33,216 nt of DNA from Candidatus Bathyarchaeia archaeon (GTDB lineage Archaea; Thermoproteota; Bathyarchaeia; Bathyarchaeales; Bathycorpusculaceae). Shown in pieces: positions 1 through 8,818 of the stretch (within the stretch, counting starts at the first letter, position 1; the number at the start of each line of letters is the position of its first letter). The position numbers were made by a program, and so were the translations under genes. The notes below the pieces were generated by a model, which saw only the letters and a program-made list of their open reading frames with translations, was not told the origin of the DNA and did no database searches. The DNA is taken from NCBI GenBank assembly GCA_038882655.1, contig JAVZNT010000012.1, positions 1 to 33,216 of the forward strand, given 5' to 3'.

Positions 1-687
1 CACAACGTTATTCCAGTCCATCCCCTAAGCGAAAGCGAAAAGCTCGACGTTCAAGCTGCGCGTTTCATGGACAATTTACACAACCAGTTTTTCCCAAGGG
101 CTGTTGCGGAAGGCTGGCTTGATGAGAATCTAAACGGTGTAAAAGAGAAAGGTGAAGTGAAGGGCTATTTGGCTAATCGCTTGGACTGGCTTGGCGTAAA
201 CTATTACACGCGTTTTGTGATTAAAGGTAAGCGAAACTTGCTGGCTAAGTTGTTCGCCGGAATCCCAGCAGTGCCAGAAATCGTGCCAAACTATGGTTTT
301 GGATGCCAGCCCAAAAGCCAATCTGCCGATGGCAAGCCAACATCAGACATGGGATGGGAAATCTATCCAGAAGGGCTTCTTGAAGCCTTAAAGGCTATGG
401 CGAAGTTTGCCAAACCGCTTTACATAACAGAAAATGGGATAGCCGACGCAGAAGACAGTCTCAGACCAAAATTCCTCGAAGACCACATCGCGATTTTGGA
501 AAAAGCCGTAAAAGAGGAGAAAATTGACGTTAGAGGCTATTTCCACTGGGCTTTGACGGACAATTATGAGTGGGCTAAAGGCTTCAAAATGAAGTTCGGC
601 CTATTCGCAGTTGACCTTCAAACAAAAAAGCGAATAATGCGAAAAAGCGCAAAGGACTACAAGAAAATAATCAAAGCAAAAACCTAG
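1..687 (+). CDS. Glycoside hydrolase family 1 (beta-glucosidase/beta-galactosidase), 5'-truncated by the window edge
   Basis: Frame 1 is open from base 1 (HNVIPVHPLSESEKLDVQAARFM...). It carries the GH1 motifs DWLGVNYY, GWEIYPEGL, nucleophile motif YITENG, and GYFHWALTDNYEW..GF..KFGL. Confidence 0.93.
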   Translation, partial: HNVIPVHPLSESEKLDVQAARFMDNLHNQFFPRAVAEGWLDENLNGVKEKGEVKGYLANRLDWLGVNYYTRFVIKGKRNLLAKLFAGIPAVPEIVPNYGFGCQPKSQSADGKPTSDMGWEIYPEGLLEALKAMAKFAKPLYITENGIADAEDSLRPKFLEDHIAILEKAVKEEKIDVRGYFHWALTDNYEWAKGFKMKFGLFAVDLQTKKRIMRKSAKDYKKIIKAKT

Positions 688-857
688 AAAAGCAGAAAAA
701 GGAGAGCAAAAACGCCCACTGACATACGAAAAATGTAGAGGGGGGCTATCAATTTTGCAGTTCCCCACCAACAACAAAATTGACATTCTGACATGTGCCA
801 TCAGCATTATGGAAAATGCTAAATTTTTGGCTAGCGATAGGCTATTGGGTTTAAAGA

Positions 858-1901
858 TTGCCCCACAACGAGCTTCGCAAGGACTACCTTCTAGACAGAT
901 GGGTCGTAATAGCCACAGAACGCGGACGCCGCCCAACAGACTTCGCAAAAAAGGAGAGAACAACAGCAAAAGCAGGTGTTTGCCCCTTCTGCCCGGGAAA
1001 CGAGCACATGACCCCGCCAGCACTGCTTGTCTACGTGGAATCTGGCGGAAAAATTGAGAAGACAAAGGATGAAGATGATTTTAGGCATAAAAACTGGATT
1101 ATCCGCTGTTTCCCAAACCTTTTTCCAGCTTTCAGCCCACCGCAAGAAGCACTAAGCAAGAGGAAAATCATGAAAGGTCGCAATTCAGTTTTAGTTGACG
1201 CTGTTGGACATCACGAGGTTTTGGTGGAATCGCCAAACCATGGTGAGCATCCGTCAGATGCGCGGCTACCCCAACTAGCCCACGTTATAAACGCTTACTT
1301 GGATAGGCTCAGCGAGCTTTCTGCAAAGCCGTATGTGCGTTATGTCTCCATATTTCGAAACCATGGCTTGGAAGCTGGGGCTTCGCTCTCCCATGCTCAC
1401 AGCCAAATAATAGCAACACCCTTCACGCCAAAAATTGTCAGAGAGGAGTTGGCTGCCAGTCAGCGTTACTGGCATAGAAACAACAGTTGCATCTTCTGCA
1501 AAATCATGGAGAAAGAGCGGGACAGCCCACGGTTCATAATGGAAAACCAAGACTTCCTAGCCTTCGCGCCCTACGCAAGCGTCAATCCATTAGAGTTTTG
1601 GATATTCCCCAAAAAGCATGAAGCTTCACCCCTAAAGCTATCAGAGAAGGAAAAAGAAAACTTTGCAAAAACTTTGAAGACATGCCTAAGCGCGCTGAAA
1701 AACCTCTTAAACGATCCACCCTACAATTTCGGCTTCCACATAGCCATAGAAAAAGCCGCCAGCCCCCATTATCATTGGCATGTGGAGGTCTACCCAAAAC
1801 TCGCCATATGGGCTGGATTCGAAAAAAGCACAGGCATGTATATTAACACTGTTTCTCCAGAAACAGCCGCAGAAAGCCTAAGAAAAGCCATTTCAACCTA
1901 A
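858..1901 (+). CDS. galT: Galactose-1-phosphate uridylyltransferase (GalT/HIT superfamily)
   Basis: Motifs ELRKD..L.RWV.IA.ER..RP, CPFCPGNE, PNLFPA, GHHEVLVESPNH, active site GASLSHAHSQ, CIFC and YHWHVE. TTG start. Confidence 0.9.
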   Translation: MPHNELRKDYLLDRWVVIATERGRRPTDFAKKERTTAKAGVCPFCPGNEHMTPPALLVYVESGGKIEKTKDEDDFRHKNWIIRCFPNLFPAFSPPQEALSKRKIMKGRNSVLVDAVGHHEVLVESPNHGEHPSDARLPQLAHVINAYLDRLSELSAKPYVRYVSIFRNHGLEAGASLSHAHSQIIATPFTPKIVREELAASQRYWHRNNSCIFCKIMEKERDSPRFIMENQDFLAFAPYASVNPLEFWIFPKKHEASPLKLSEKEKENFAKTLKTCLSALKNLLNDPPYNFGFHIAIEKAASPHYHWHVEVYPKLAIWAGFEKSTGMYINTVSPETAAESLRKAIST

Positions 1902-3977
1902 AATTTCCCTTTCAAATGGCGGTCTAAAATAGAGAACATCTTCAACGTAAGCCCTTAATGGCTCCGCTATACTCCAAGCTTGGGCTACGCAACCTCCAGC
2001 CTTGTGGGGTGAATCACCATCATAAACTTCACTTATGGCTCCAAGACCAGCCACAAAAACCTGCGTTGTCAAAAGTGGCGCGAGAAAACTTCTAAAGGCG
2101 TATTCCCGCATGTACTCGCCATAACCCTCAATTTTCAAATAAGCCTTCACAAAGGGACCTAGAAGCCAAGGCCAAACAGTGCCATTGTGGTAGGCTAGGT
2201 CTCTGCTTCGCCTATCTCCACGATAAACGCCCACATATCTCGGGTCGCTTCTCGCGAGAGTTCTCAACCCAAAAGGTGTTAAAAGCTCGCGACGCATAAC
2301 ATCCACAACTTTGTCACTTTTTGTTTTGTCAAGCATTGGAAAATCCAACGCCACTACAATAATTTGGTTAGGTCTAATAGAAGAATCGCCTAAGCCATGC
2401 TCATCAATAACATCAAACAAGCAGCCCTTCTCATGGTTCCAAAACTTTGCATTAAAGCTTCCTTTGGCTTTTTCAGCTAGACGTGCAAATTTTTCAGCCA
2501 TGTCTGTCTCTTTGAATTTTTTAGCTAAAACTTCCAGCGTTTTAAGAGCGTTGTACCATAATGCTTGAACCTCCACAGCCTTGCCAGCCCTCGGCGTTAT
2601 TGGTTGCCCGTTTATGGCTGTGTCCATCCATGTTAGCTGTGGTCCATGAAGAATAAGCCCATCATCATCTATGCGGATTTTTGGGCTTTTTCCCTTTTCA
2701 AAGTCTTCGACAATAGCTTTCATGTTTTCCCACAGGTTTTCATGGACGAATTCAAAGTCACCTGTATACTTCAAATACTGGAGGACGGCGTTCACAAACC
2801 ATAACGTAGCGTCAACAGCATTGTAAACTGGTTTGGCATCGGCATCTGAGATGAAGTTTGGGATTAAACCGTTCATAAAATGCTGGTTGAATGCTAGAAA
2901 GGTTTGTCTGGCATCTTCAAATCTTCCAGTGACAAGCATAAGTCCCGGCAAGGCTATGAAAGTGTCTCTGCCCCAATCCTCAAACCAATGGTAGCCGGCG
3001 ACAACGGACTTCCAAGCCTTTCCAAAGCTTCCAACAATAAACATGTCTGTTGCATAAACAAGCCAGCTTAACCAGTCTTTTGCCTCCACACCCTTATGCT
3101 CATCGTAAAACCTTCCAGACAGTTTTTCGCGGCGTTCACGCTCAACATTATACAAATTTTCCACGTCATACATTGTGGCTGGCATTTCATCCGCCATTTC
3201 CTCCACACTTGACTCGTCTTCGCCAGCCATGGCAGTTAACGCAAACCTTTCAGAAGATTTCTTTCCAACTCTTATTTTGAAAAATCCAGGCTGGTACCAG
3301 TTGTCAAGGTGGCTCTCTCCACGATTGTGCTCTTCGCGGAAATAAACCCTTTCAATCCACCTTTCAGCTTGTGCATAAGCCCCATGAGTTGCTTCCAGAA
3401 TTATTGTGGCTTGCGGTTTTTCAGCGTTTATTTTGACCCCTCTGTCGTATGTTTTTTGAGTGAATTTTGGCTGGTCACGCCACCTGTCCACAACTGAGTG
3501 GAAATGCCTACACGTTATGAGCGGGAAAATTCGAACTTCAACGTCTACGTTGTCAGCGTTCAAGAACTCGTAGGCGGTTATAGTGGCGTTCTTCTTGTAT
3601 GGCATGAAAAGAGTCTTTGAAAACCTAACATTCTGGACGCTGTAAACATATTTTGGGAAGGGAGAAAAATGAAACTCTTGGAGAAACTCGTGTCCCTTGG
3701 GGTATATGCCGCCTTGAAATTCGTTGGCAAAGGCTGGGTAAAAGGCGTTTCCAATCCTTAGCTCCTCGTCCAGTTTAGCCACGCAAACCCTTCGGTTTCT
3801 CGGTGGATGGAAAGCCGCCACAAGGACTCCATGATATTTCCTAGTGTTTATTCCCAAAACTGTTAAGGAGGTGTAGCCTCCCAACCCATTTGTTATAATC
3901 CACTCTTTTTGCAGTGAGTCGTCAACATTTGAGAGGGCTTTTCCATTTAGGCTTATGGATAACGTAAACCTCTTCAT
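1893..3977 (-). CDS. Glycogen debranching enzyme (amylo-alpha-1,6-glucosidase), archaeal type
   Basis: N-terminal EWIITNGLGGY...TRKYHG, then AGYHWFEDWGRDTFIALPGL, YNAVDATLWF, LTWMD, TPRAGKAVEVQALWYNAL, IRPNQ, YHNGTVWPWL and AQAWS. Confidence 0.93.
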   Translation of the reverse strand: MKRFTLSISLNGKALSNVDDSLQKEWIITNGLGGYTSLTVLGINTRKYHGVLVAAFHPPRNRRVCVAKLDEELRIGNAFYPAFANEFQGGIYPKGHEFLQEFHFSPFPKYVYSVQNVRFSKTLFMPYKKNATITAYEFLNADNVDVEVRIFPLITCRHFHSVVDRWRDQPKFTQKTYDRGVKINAEKPQATIILEATHGAYAQAERWIERVYFREEHNRGESHLDNWYQPGFFKIRVGKKSSERFALTAMAGEDESSVEEMADEMPATMYDVENLYNVERERREKLSGRFYDEHKGVEAKDWLSWLVYATDMFIVGSFGKAWKSVVAGYHWFEDWGRDTFIALPGLMLVTGRFEDARQTFLAFNQHFMNGLIPNFISDADAKPVYNAVDATLWFVNAVLQYLKYTGDFEFVHENLWENMKAIVEDFEKGKSPKIRIDDDGLILHGPQLTWMDTAINGQPITPRAGKAVEVQALWYNALKTLEVLAKKFKETDMAEKFARLAEKAKGSFNAKFWNHEKGCLFDVIDEHGLGDSSIRPNQIIVVALDFPMLDKTKSDKVVDVMRRELLTPFGLRTLARSDPRYVGVYRGDRRSRDLAYHNGTVWPWLLGPFVKAYLKIEGYGEYMREYAFRSFLAPLLTTQVFVAGLGAISEVYDGDSPHKAGGCVAQAWSIAEPLRAYVEDVLYFRPPFEREILG

Positions 3978-4859
3978 TTAAGGCATCAACTTTGCAACAT
4001 TCTTCTCTCTTGGCACGGCAAAAAAGTTTGCCACGGGCTCGCACTTAGCTCTAAAAAGCAAAACATGAGGCTTTTTCAGCTCATACTCTGTCAATGTTTC
4101 AGCATACCCCATGCCCTTAGCAAAAACCATGTCCGCCGACTCGTAAACGTTTAGGAACTCGGCTGAAACCTCCTTTGGAACCAAACCAACAGCATCCGTC
4201 CCAGTCGTTATAACCTTGTCCGCAATTTTACTCATGCCGGAAAATTCCGCATCTTCCAAGGTTGCATCATTTACGACTGGTCCACCCTTAACAGCCACAA
4301 TAACCGTTAATTCCATGTTCTTAAGCTGCTCAACAACCAGCATGTCAAAAACTATTTCCCCAGCATTATCCGTCAAATAAAGAACCTTGCTGGAATTTTT
4401 TGCTACATTGTAAATTTTGCCAACATCGTCGATAACTAGGTCTTTTCCCGCATCCCTTAGGCTTTTCCTTAAACCTCTAAATGTGAACCTGTGCCCTGGA
4501 ATGTCAAACTCCATGGTGTTGCCAACCATGGCGCAGAGGCAAGCCCTCTTAAACCTATCCTGCTGCGTGTAGCCCTCTTCAACAAGTTTCCTCGCAAATG
4601 GCAAGAGCTTTAAAGCATTTTCGTTGCATATGCGCTTGCTCCTCTTACAAGGGTCGCTGTTTCCGGTAACCCTTTTTATTAGGCGGTCTCTTTTCGTGCC
4701 CAAATCAGCTGGAACAGCGGAGGGCTTAAACTCCTTGCTTAGCATGTGGAGAAGCTCCATCATGGCTCTGAACCGCAGAGCCGGATTGGTTGTTGCCTCT
4801 TTGATTTCAGCTGCCCCTCTGCTGAGTATGCACGCCGCACATTCGGCTTCAACCTTCAA
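3978..4859 (-). CDS. DUF89/ARMT1-like metal-dependent damage-control phosphatase
   Basis: N-terminal ECAAC, GN..EF, YLTDNAGEIVFD, VKGGPVVNDAT, AKGMG..ETL and a C-terminal AKC. TTG start. Confidence 0.88.
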   Translation of the reverse strand: MKVEAECAACILSRGAAEIKEATTNPALRFRAMMELLHMLSKEFKPSAVPADLGTKRDRLIKRVTGNSDPCKRSKRICNENALKLLPFARKLVEEGYTQQDRFKRACLCAMVGNTMEFDIPGHRFTFRGLRKSLRDAGKDLVIDDVGKIYNVAKNSSKVLYLTDNAGEIVFDMLVVEQLKNMELTVIVAVKGGPVVNDATLEDAEFSGMSKIADKVITTGTDAVGLVPKEVSAEFLNVYESADMVFAKGMGYAETLTEYELKKPHVLLFRAKCEPVANFFAVPREKNVAKLMP

Positions 4860-4871
4860 AGGGCTGCTCTC

Positions 4872-5561
<690 letters not shown>

Positions 5562-5646
5562 CTATTCACCAGCAATGCTGGTTTTAGATGTTATTGCCTA
5601 ATATCCTTTTGGATGAAAGGCAGAGAAAAATGCGAGGGTTAAGTGG

Positions 5647-6201
5647 CTACTTTTTTCCTCCAGGAACGAAGACGGCCGCAGCAACAACTGTTGTCCATAA
5701 CCCGTTCTTGTCCCCTGTGGCTGACTGCGTTATATTCGTGGTTTTGATGATCAGTCCGCTTGCCCTGAACTGTTGTTTCCGCTCATCCCAAGCCGTTTGA
5801 GGGTCAAAGGGAATTCCCATGGTGGTTGCCAGCATCGTCGCAGCCAAATCCTCAGCATAGTCTCCAGCCACCTCGTCTGTCTGACCAAAAGAGTGGTGCT
5901 CCGACAAATAGCCATAATTATTCTTGCCAGACGGAATCGCCACACCAATTGAGGAGGCAATAAGCCTATGAGGCTCGTTTGTCTGGTTTCTAGCCAAAAC
6001 GACAAAGGTTATTTCGCCAGGCCTAAGCATTTTTAGCCCTTTCTCTTTGGGGATAAGTTTGCATCCGGGCGGTATTATGCTTGAAACGTTCACTATGTTG
6101 CAGTGGTGAATTCCCGCGTTTCGCAATGCCAACTCGAAGGATTGAAGTTGCTCTTTATGTTTCCCGACGCCCTTTGTTAGAAAGAAGTATTTTGGAATCA
6201 T
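5647..6201 (-). CDS. pdaD: Pyruvoyl-dependent arginine decarboxylase
   Basis: [23 protein letters not shown] (Ser-Ser self-cleavage site), [19 protein letters not shown] and [10 protein letters not shown]. Confidence 0.93.
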   Translation of the reverse strand: MIPKYFFLTKGVGKHKEQLQSFELALRNAGIHHCNIVNVSSIIPPGCKLIPKEKGLKMLRPGEITFVVLARNQTNEPHRLIASSIGVAIPSGKNNYGYLSEHHSFGQTDEVAGDYAEDLAATMLATTMGIPFDPQTAWDERKQQFRASGLIIKTTNITQSATGDKNGLWTTVVAAAVFVPGGKK

Positions 6202-6325
6202 TTCGCTTTTCGCTGTAAGATACGAAAATCAGCTTAAAAGTTTTGTGTTCTCAAAAAGCCGATGCAAATTTTGAAGGGAAAAACATAACAGAGGTTTAAG
6301 CGTATCTCTTTCTAGGTTTAGAGGG

Positions 6326-7519
6326 TTGCCAACTTATAGAAGCGTGTTCAAGGACGAGGCGAAGCTTGACATAAACTATGTTCCAAGCAGACTCCCTCAC
6401 AGGGAAGATGAAATGCGACTGCTCACGGAATTTTTCAACTTCACGCTATCTGCTCCGGGGAAAATGGCTCAAAGAGTCCTAATAGTGGGGAATGTTGGAA
6501 CTGGGAAAACAGCCCTTTCCCAAAGATTTGGAGCAAACATAACTCAGCAAGCCAAGCAAAGGGGAATAAACCTAAACTACATTCACGTGAACTGTCGTCA
6601 GTACCGCGGAAGCTTATTCCTCATACTCCACCATGCAATGTCATTTTTCCATCCAACGTTTCCAAAACGCGGCTTTTCAGCAGAAGAGCTCCTAAACATT
6701 CTCTTACAAGTTTTGGATGAGCAAAACGCTTATGCTATCCTAACCTTAGACGAGTTTGAAAGCCTAGTCGAGAGGGAGGGAGCCGAACCAATTTACAAGC
6801 TTACACGCTTGCAAGAGGCGAGGCTTGGCAAGCCCCAGAGAGTTTCCCTTATATGCGTATTGAAAAGTTTAAAGGCTATCGAAGGGCTTGACCCAAGCAC
6901 CAGAAGCACACTGCAATCCAACATAATAAGCCTTGAACCTTACAGCCAAAAACAGCTTACAGACATCATAAACGATAGGGTTCAGCTGGCATTCAAACCC
7001 TTAACCGTTCAAGAAGAAACGGTAAATATCATTGCTGAGCTTGCCCATTCAGAAGGTGGAAACGCTCGCTTCGCCATAGAGCTCTTATGGAGGGCTGGAA
7101 AATACGCTGACGCTGAAGATTTGGGTGCAGTAACGCCAGAATGTGTCAGAAAGGCTGTTTCAAGCATATACACGGTTGCAAAGAAAAGCGACCTTGCCAC
7201 ATTAAGCCTACACGAAAAGCTCTTCTTATTAAGTGTGGCGCGGTTCTTTAAGGAAAACAGCGATAGGGCGTATGCCTCTTTAACGGAGGTGGAGCGGGCA
7301 TACGCAATTGTTTGCGAAGAGTTTGATGTGCTTCCCCACACCCACACGCAACTTTGGAAGTACTTGCAAATGCTTTCGGCCATAGGCATAATTAAGAAAA
7401 GCATCTCATCCACTGGTCAGCGGGGAAGAACCACACTTATATGTCTTCCGGGGATTCCAGCGCAAGAGCTTGAGATGGAGTTAACCACTCTTTTAGGAAG
7501 GGAAATTGAAGGCAGATGA
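6326..7519 (+). CDS. cdc6: Orc1/Cdc6 family replication initiator AAA+ ATPase
   Basis: N-terminal VFKDE.KLD.NYVP.RLPHRE, Walker A GNVGTGKT, HVNC, Walker B LTLDEFE, GNARFAIELL, and a C-terminal winged helix ending G.RGRTT. Confidence 0.93.
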   Translation: MPTYRSVFKDEAKLDINYVPSRLPHREDEMRLLTEFFNFTLSAPGKMAQRVLIVGNVGTGKTALSQRFGANITQQAKQRGINLNYIHVNCRQYRGSLFLILHHAMSFFHPTFPKRGFSAEELLNILLQVLDEQNAYAILTLDEFESLVEREGAEPIYKLTRLQEARLGKPQRVSLICVLKSLKAIEGLDPSTRSTLQSNIISLEPYSQKQLTDIINDRVQLAFKPLTVQEETVNIIAELAHSEGGNARFAIELLWRAGKYADAEDLGAVTPECVRKAVSSIYTVAKKSDLATLSLHEKLFLLSVARFFKENSDRAYASLTEVERAYAIVCEEFDVLPHTHTQLWKYLQMLSAIGIIKKSISSTGQRGRTTLICLPGIPAQELEMELTTLLGREIEGR

Positions 7520-7573
7520 TGCAATAAACACATATGCTTCCTCATGCATTTATTATTCTGATGGTCAGGCGGT

Positions 7574-7954
7574 ATGGCGATGACGGCTAACTGTCCATTA
7601 TGCGAGCTAGACCTTAGAAAAGAGAAAGTCTTCTACGAGGACGACTCCTTCATTGTCCTGCGAACTAAGAATCTTAAGGGGCATAGGGAGAGAATCATGA
7701 TAATCTATAAACGGCACCAGCACACCATACCGTATAAGGCTTATGAACGCGCCCTAAACATAATATCCCAGATAGGGCGTGAAGTTTTCAAGTACACGCC
7801 AAAATTCGTGATTCTGGACAGCACTTTCGCCACAATAAACGATCATTGGCACTTGGTGGCTTCAGACCTAGACCCGAAAAGCGAGGACTTCGACCAGATT
7901 CTGGCAACGAGATGGATTAAATTTGTAGACAACATGTATCAAGACCAAACTTAA
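7574..7954 (+). CDS. HIT-like hypothetical protein
   Basis: CPLC followed by VFYEDDSF, GH, KRH and a partial triad DHWHLV. This follows the HIT-fold layout, but the third His is missing. Confidence 0.6.
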   Translation: MAMTANCPLCELDLRKEKVFYEDDSFIVLRTKNLKGHRERIMIIYKRHQHTIPYKAYERALNIISQIGREVFKYTPKFVILDSTFATINDHWHLVASDLDPKSEDFDQILATRWIKFVDNMYQDQT

Positions 7955-7983
7955 ATAGGGATGCCGCCAAACTTTCACGTAAC

Positions 7984-8280
7984 ATGCAAATAGAAGAAGT
8001 TCTTGGAAATAGGCTTCGCATAAAAATTTTGAAAATCCTAAACCAGATGGGAGAGCTAAACGTTTCAGAAATAGCCAGAAGAGTAGGCGCAAACCACGCT
8101 GCAACCATGAAACACTTGAAAATCCTTGAAGGGGAGGGAATCCTCGAACACAAAATGTTTGGAAGAATTCGCCTATACCGCTTTAACATGAACTCTGTAA
8201 AGGCTAGGGCTGTTCAAAACCTAATCGAAGGCTGGGAGAAAAGCGAAAACACAGCCAAACCGTTCGGAACGATTAAATAA
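7984..8280 (+). CDS. ArsR-like winged helix-turn-helix protein
   Basis: RIKILKIL..GELNVSEIARRVG.NH....KHLKILE.EGIL.....GRIRLY matches an ArsR-type wHTH. Confidence 0.85.
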   Translation: MQIEEVLGNRLRIKILKILNQMGELNVSEIARRVGANHAATMKHLKILEGEGILEHKMFGRIRLYRFNMNSVKARAVQNLIEGWEKSENTAKPFGTIK

Positions 8281-8300
8281 TAAGCAACTTTCTAAACTCT

Positions 8301-8314
8301 TCACGGAGCCGTGA
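8301..8314. promoter_or_regulatory. Palindrome TCACGG-AG-CCGTGA just upstream of moaC (candidate operator)
   Basis: Perfect 6-bp inverted repeat with a 2-nt spacer, 5 nt before the GTG at 8320. Confidence 0.3.
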
Positions 8315-8319
8315 TTTAA

Positions 8320-8754
8320 GTGGCGATGGTTGACATAAGTGGAAAGCCGAAAGTTTATCGTGAGGCAACAGCCACTGGAAGGATTAGGCTAAAACCGGAA
8401 ACCATAAACTTGATAAAGAATGGGAAAGTTGAGAAGGGCGACCCGTTTTACACGGCTAAGATTGCTGGAACCCTAGCGGCAAAAGAAACGAGCATCCTAA
8501 TACCCTTCTGCCACCCGCTACCCCTAACAAACGTGAAAGTGGATATAAAAATCTTAGATGAATCAGTGGTTGAGATTTCTTCTACCGTTAAAACTGAAGC
8601 CCAAACAGGTGTTGAAATGGAAGCCCTAGTGGCGACAGCCATAAGCCTCCTAACAATATGGGATATGGTAAAACAGTATGAGAAGGATGAAAAGGGGCAG
8701 TATCCATCAACAGTTATCGAAGAAATACGTGTCGTTGAGAAAATTAAAAAGTGA
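8320..8754 (+). CDS. moaC: Cyclic pyranopterin monophosphate synthase MoaC
   Basis: Motifs MVDISGK, REATA.G.I, KGD, LIPFCHPLPL, TGVEMEAL and LTIWDMVK. The start is either GTG 8320 or ATG 8326. Confidence 0.96.
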   Translation: MAMVDISGKPKVYREATATGRIRLKPETINLIKNGKVEKGDPFYTAKIAGTLAAKETSILIPFCHPLPLTNVKVDIKILDESVVEISSTVKTEAQTGVEMEALVATAISLLTIWDMVKQYEKDEKGQYPSTVIEEIRVVEKIKK

Positions 8755-8818
8755 AAATTCATGGTTTCAACAAACTTTATTTTGCCTGGCATATCTGAAA
8801 TAACTGTGGTGTGCCCTA

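Noticed and set aside
601-1065. Alternative ORFs 601-1065(-) and 755-1057(+), and the many other 60-165 aa ORFs antisense to or nested in identified genes (e.g. 7009-7413, 11067-11525, 29571-30068)
   Set aside because: They are shadow frames of well-supported genes, with Ser/Phe-rich low-information translations and no family motifs.
6202-6325. Replication origin (oriC) upstream of cdc6
   Set aside because: The gap is only about 124 bp, with no repeated ORB or mini-ORB boxes, no G-strings and no extended AT-rich unwinding element. It looks like a plain divergent promoter.
7516-7561. Second C/D sRNA (ATGATGC ... CTGA) after cdc6
   Set aside because: The C box is imperfect and overlaps the stop codon, there is no D'/C' pair or terminal stem, and the interior is AT-rich without recognisable guides.
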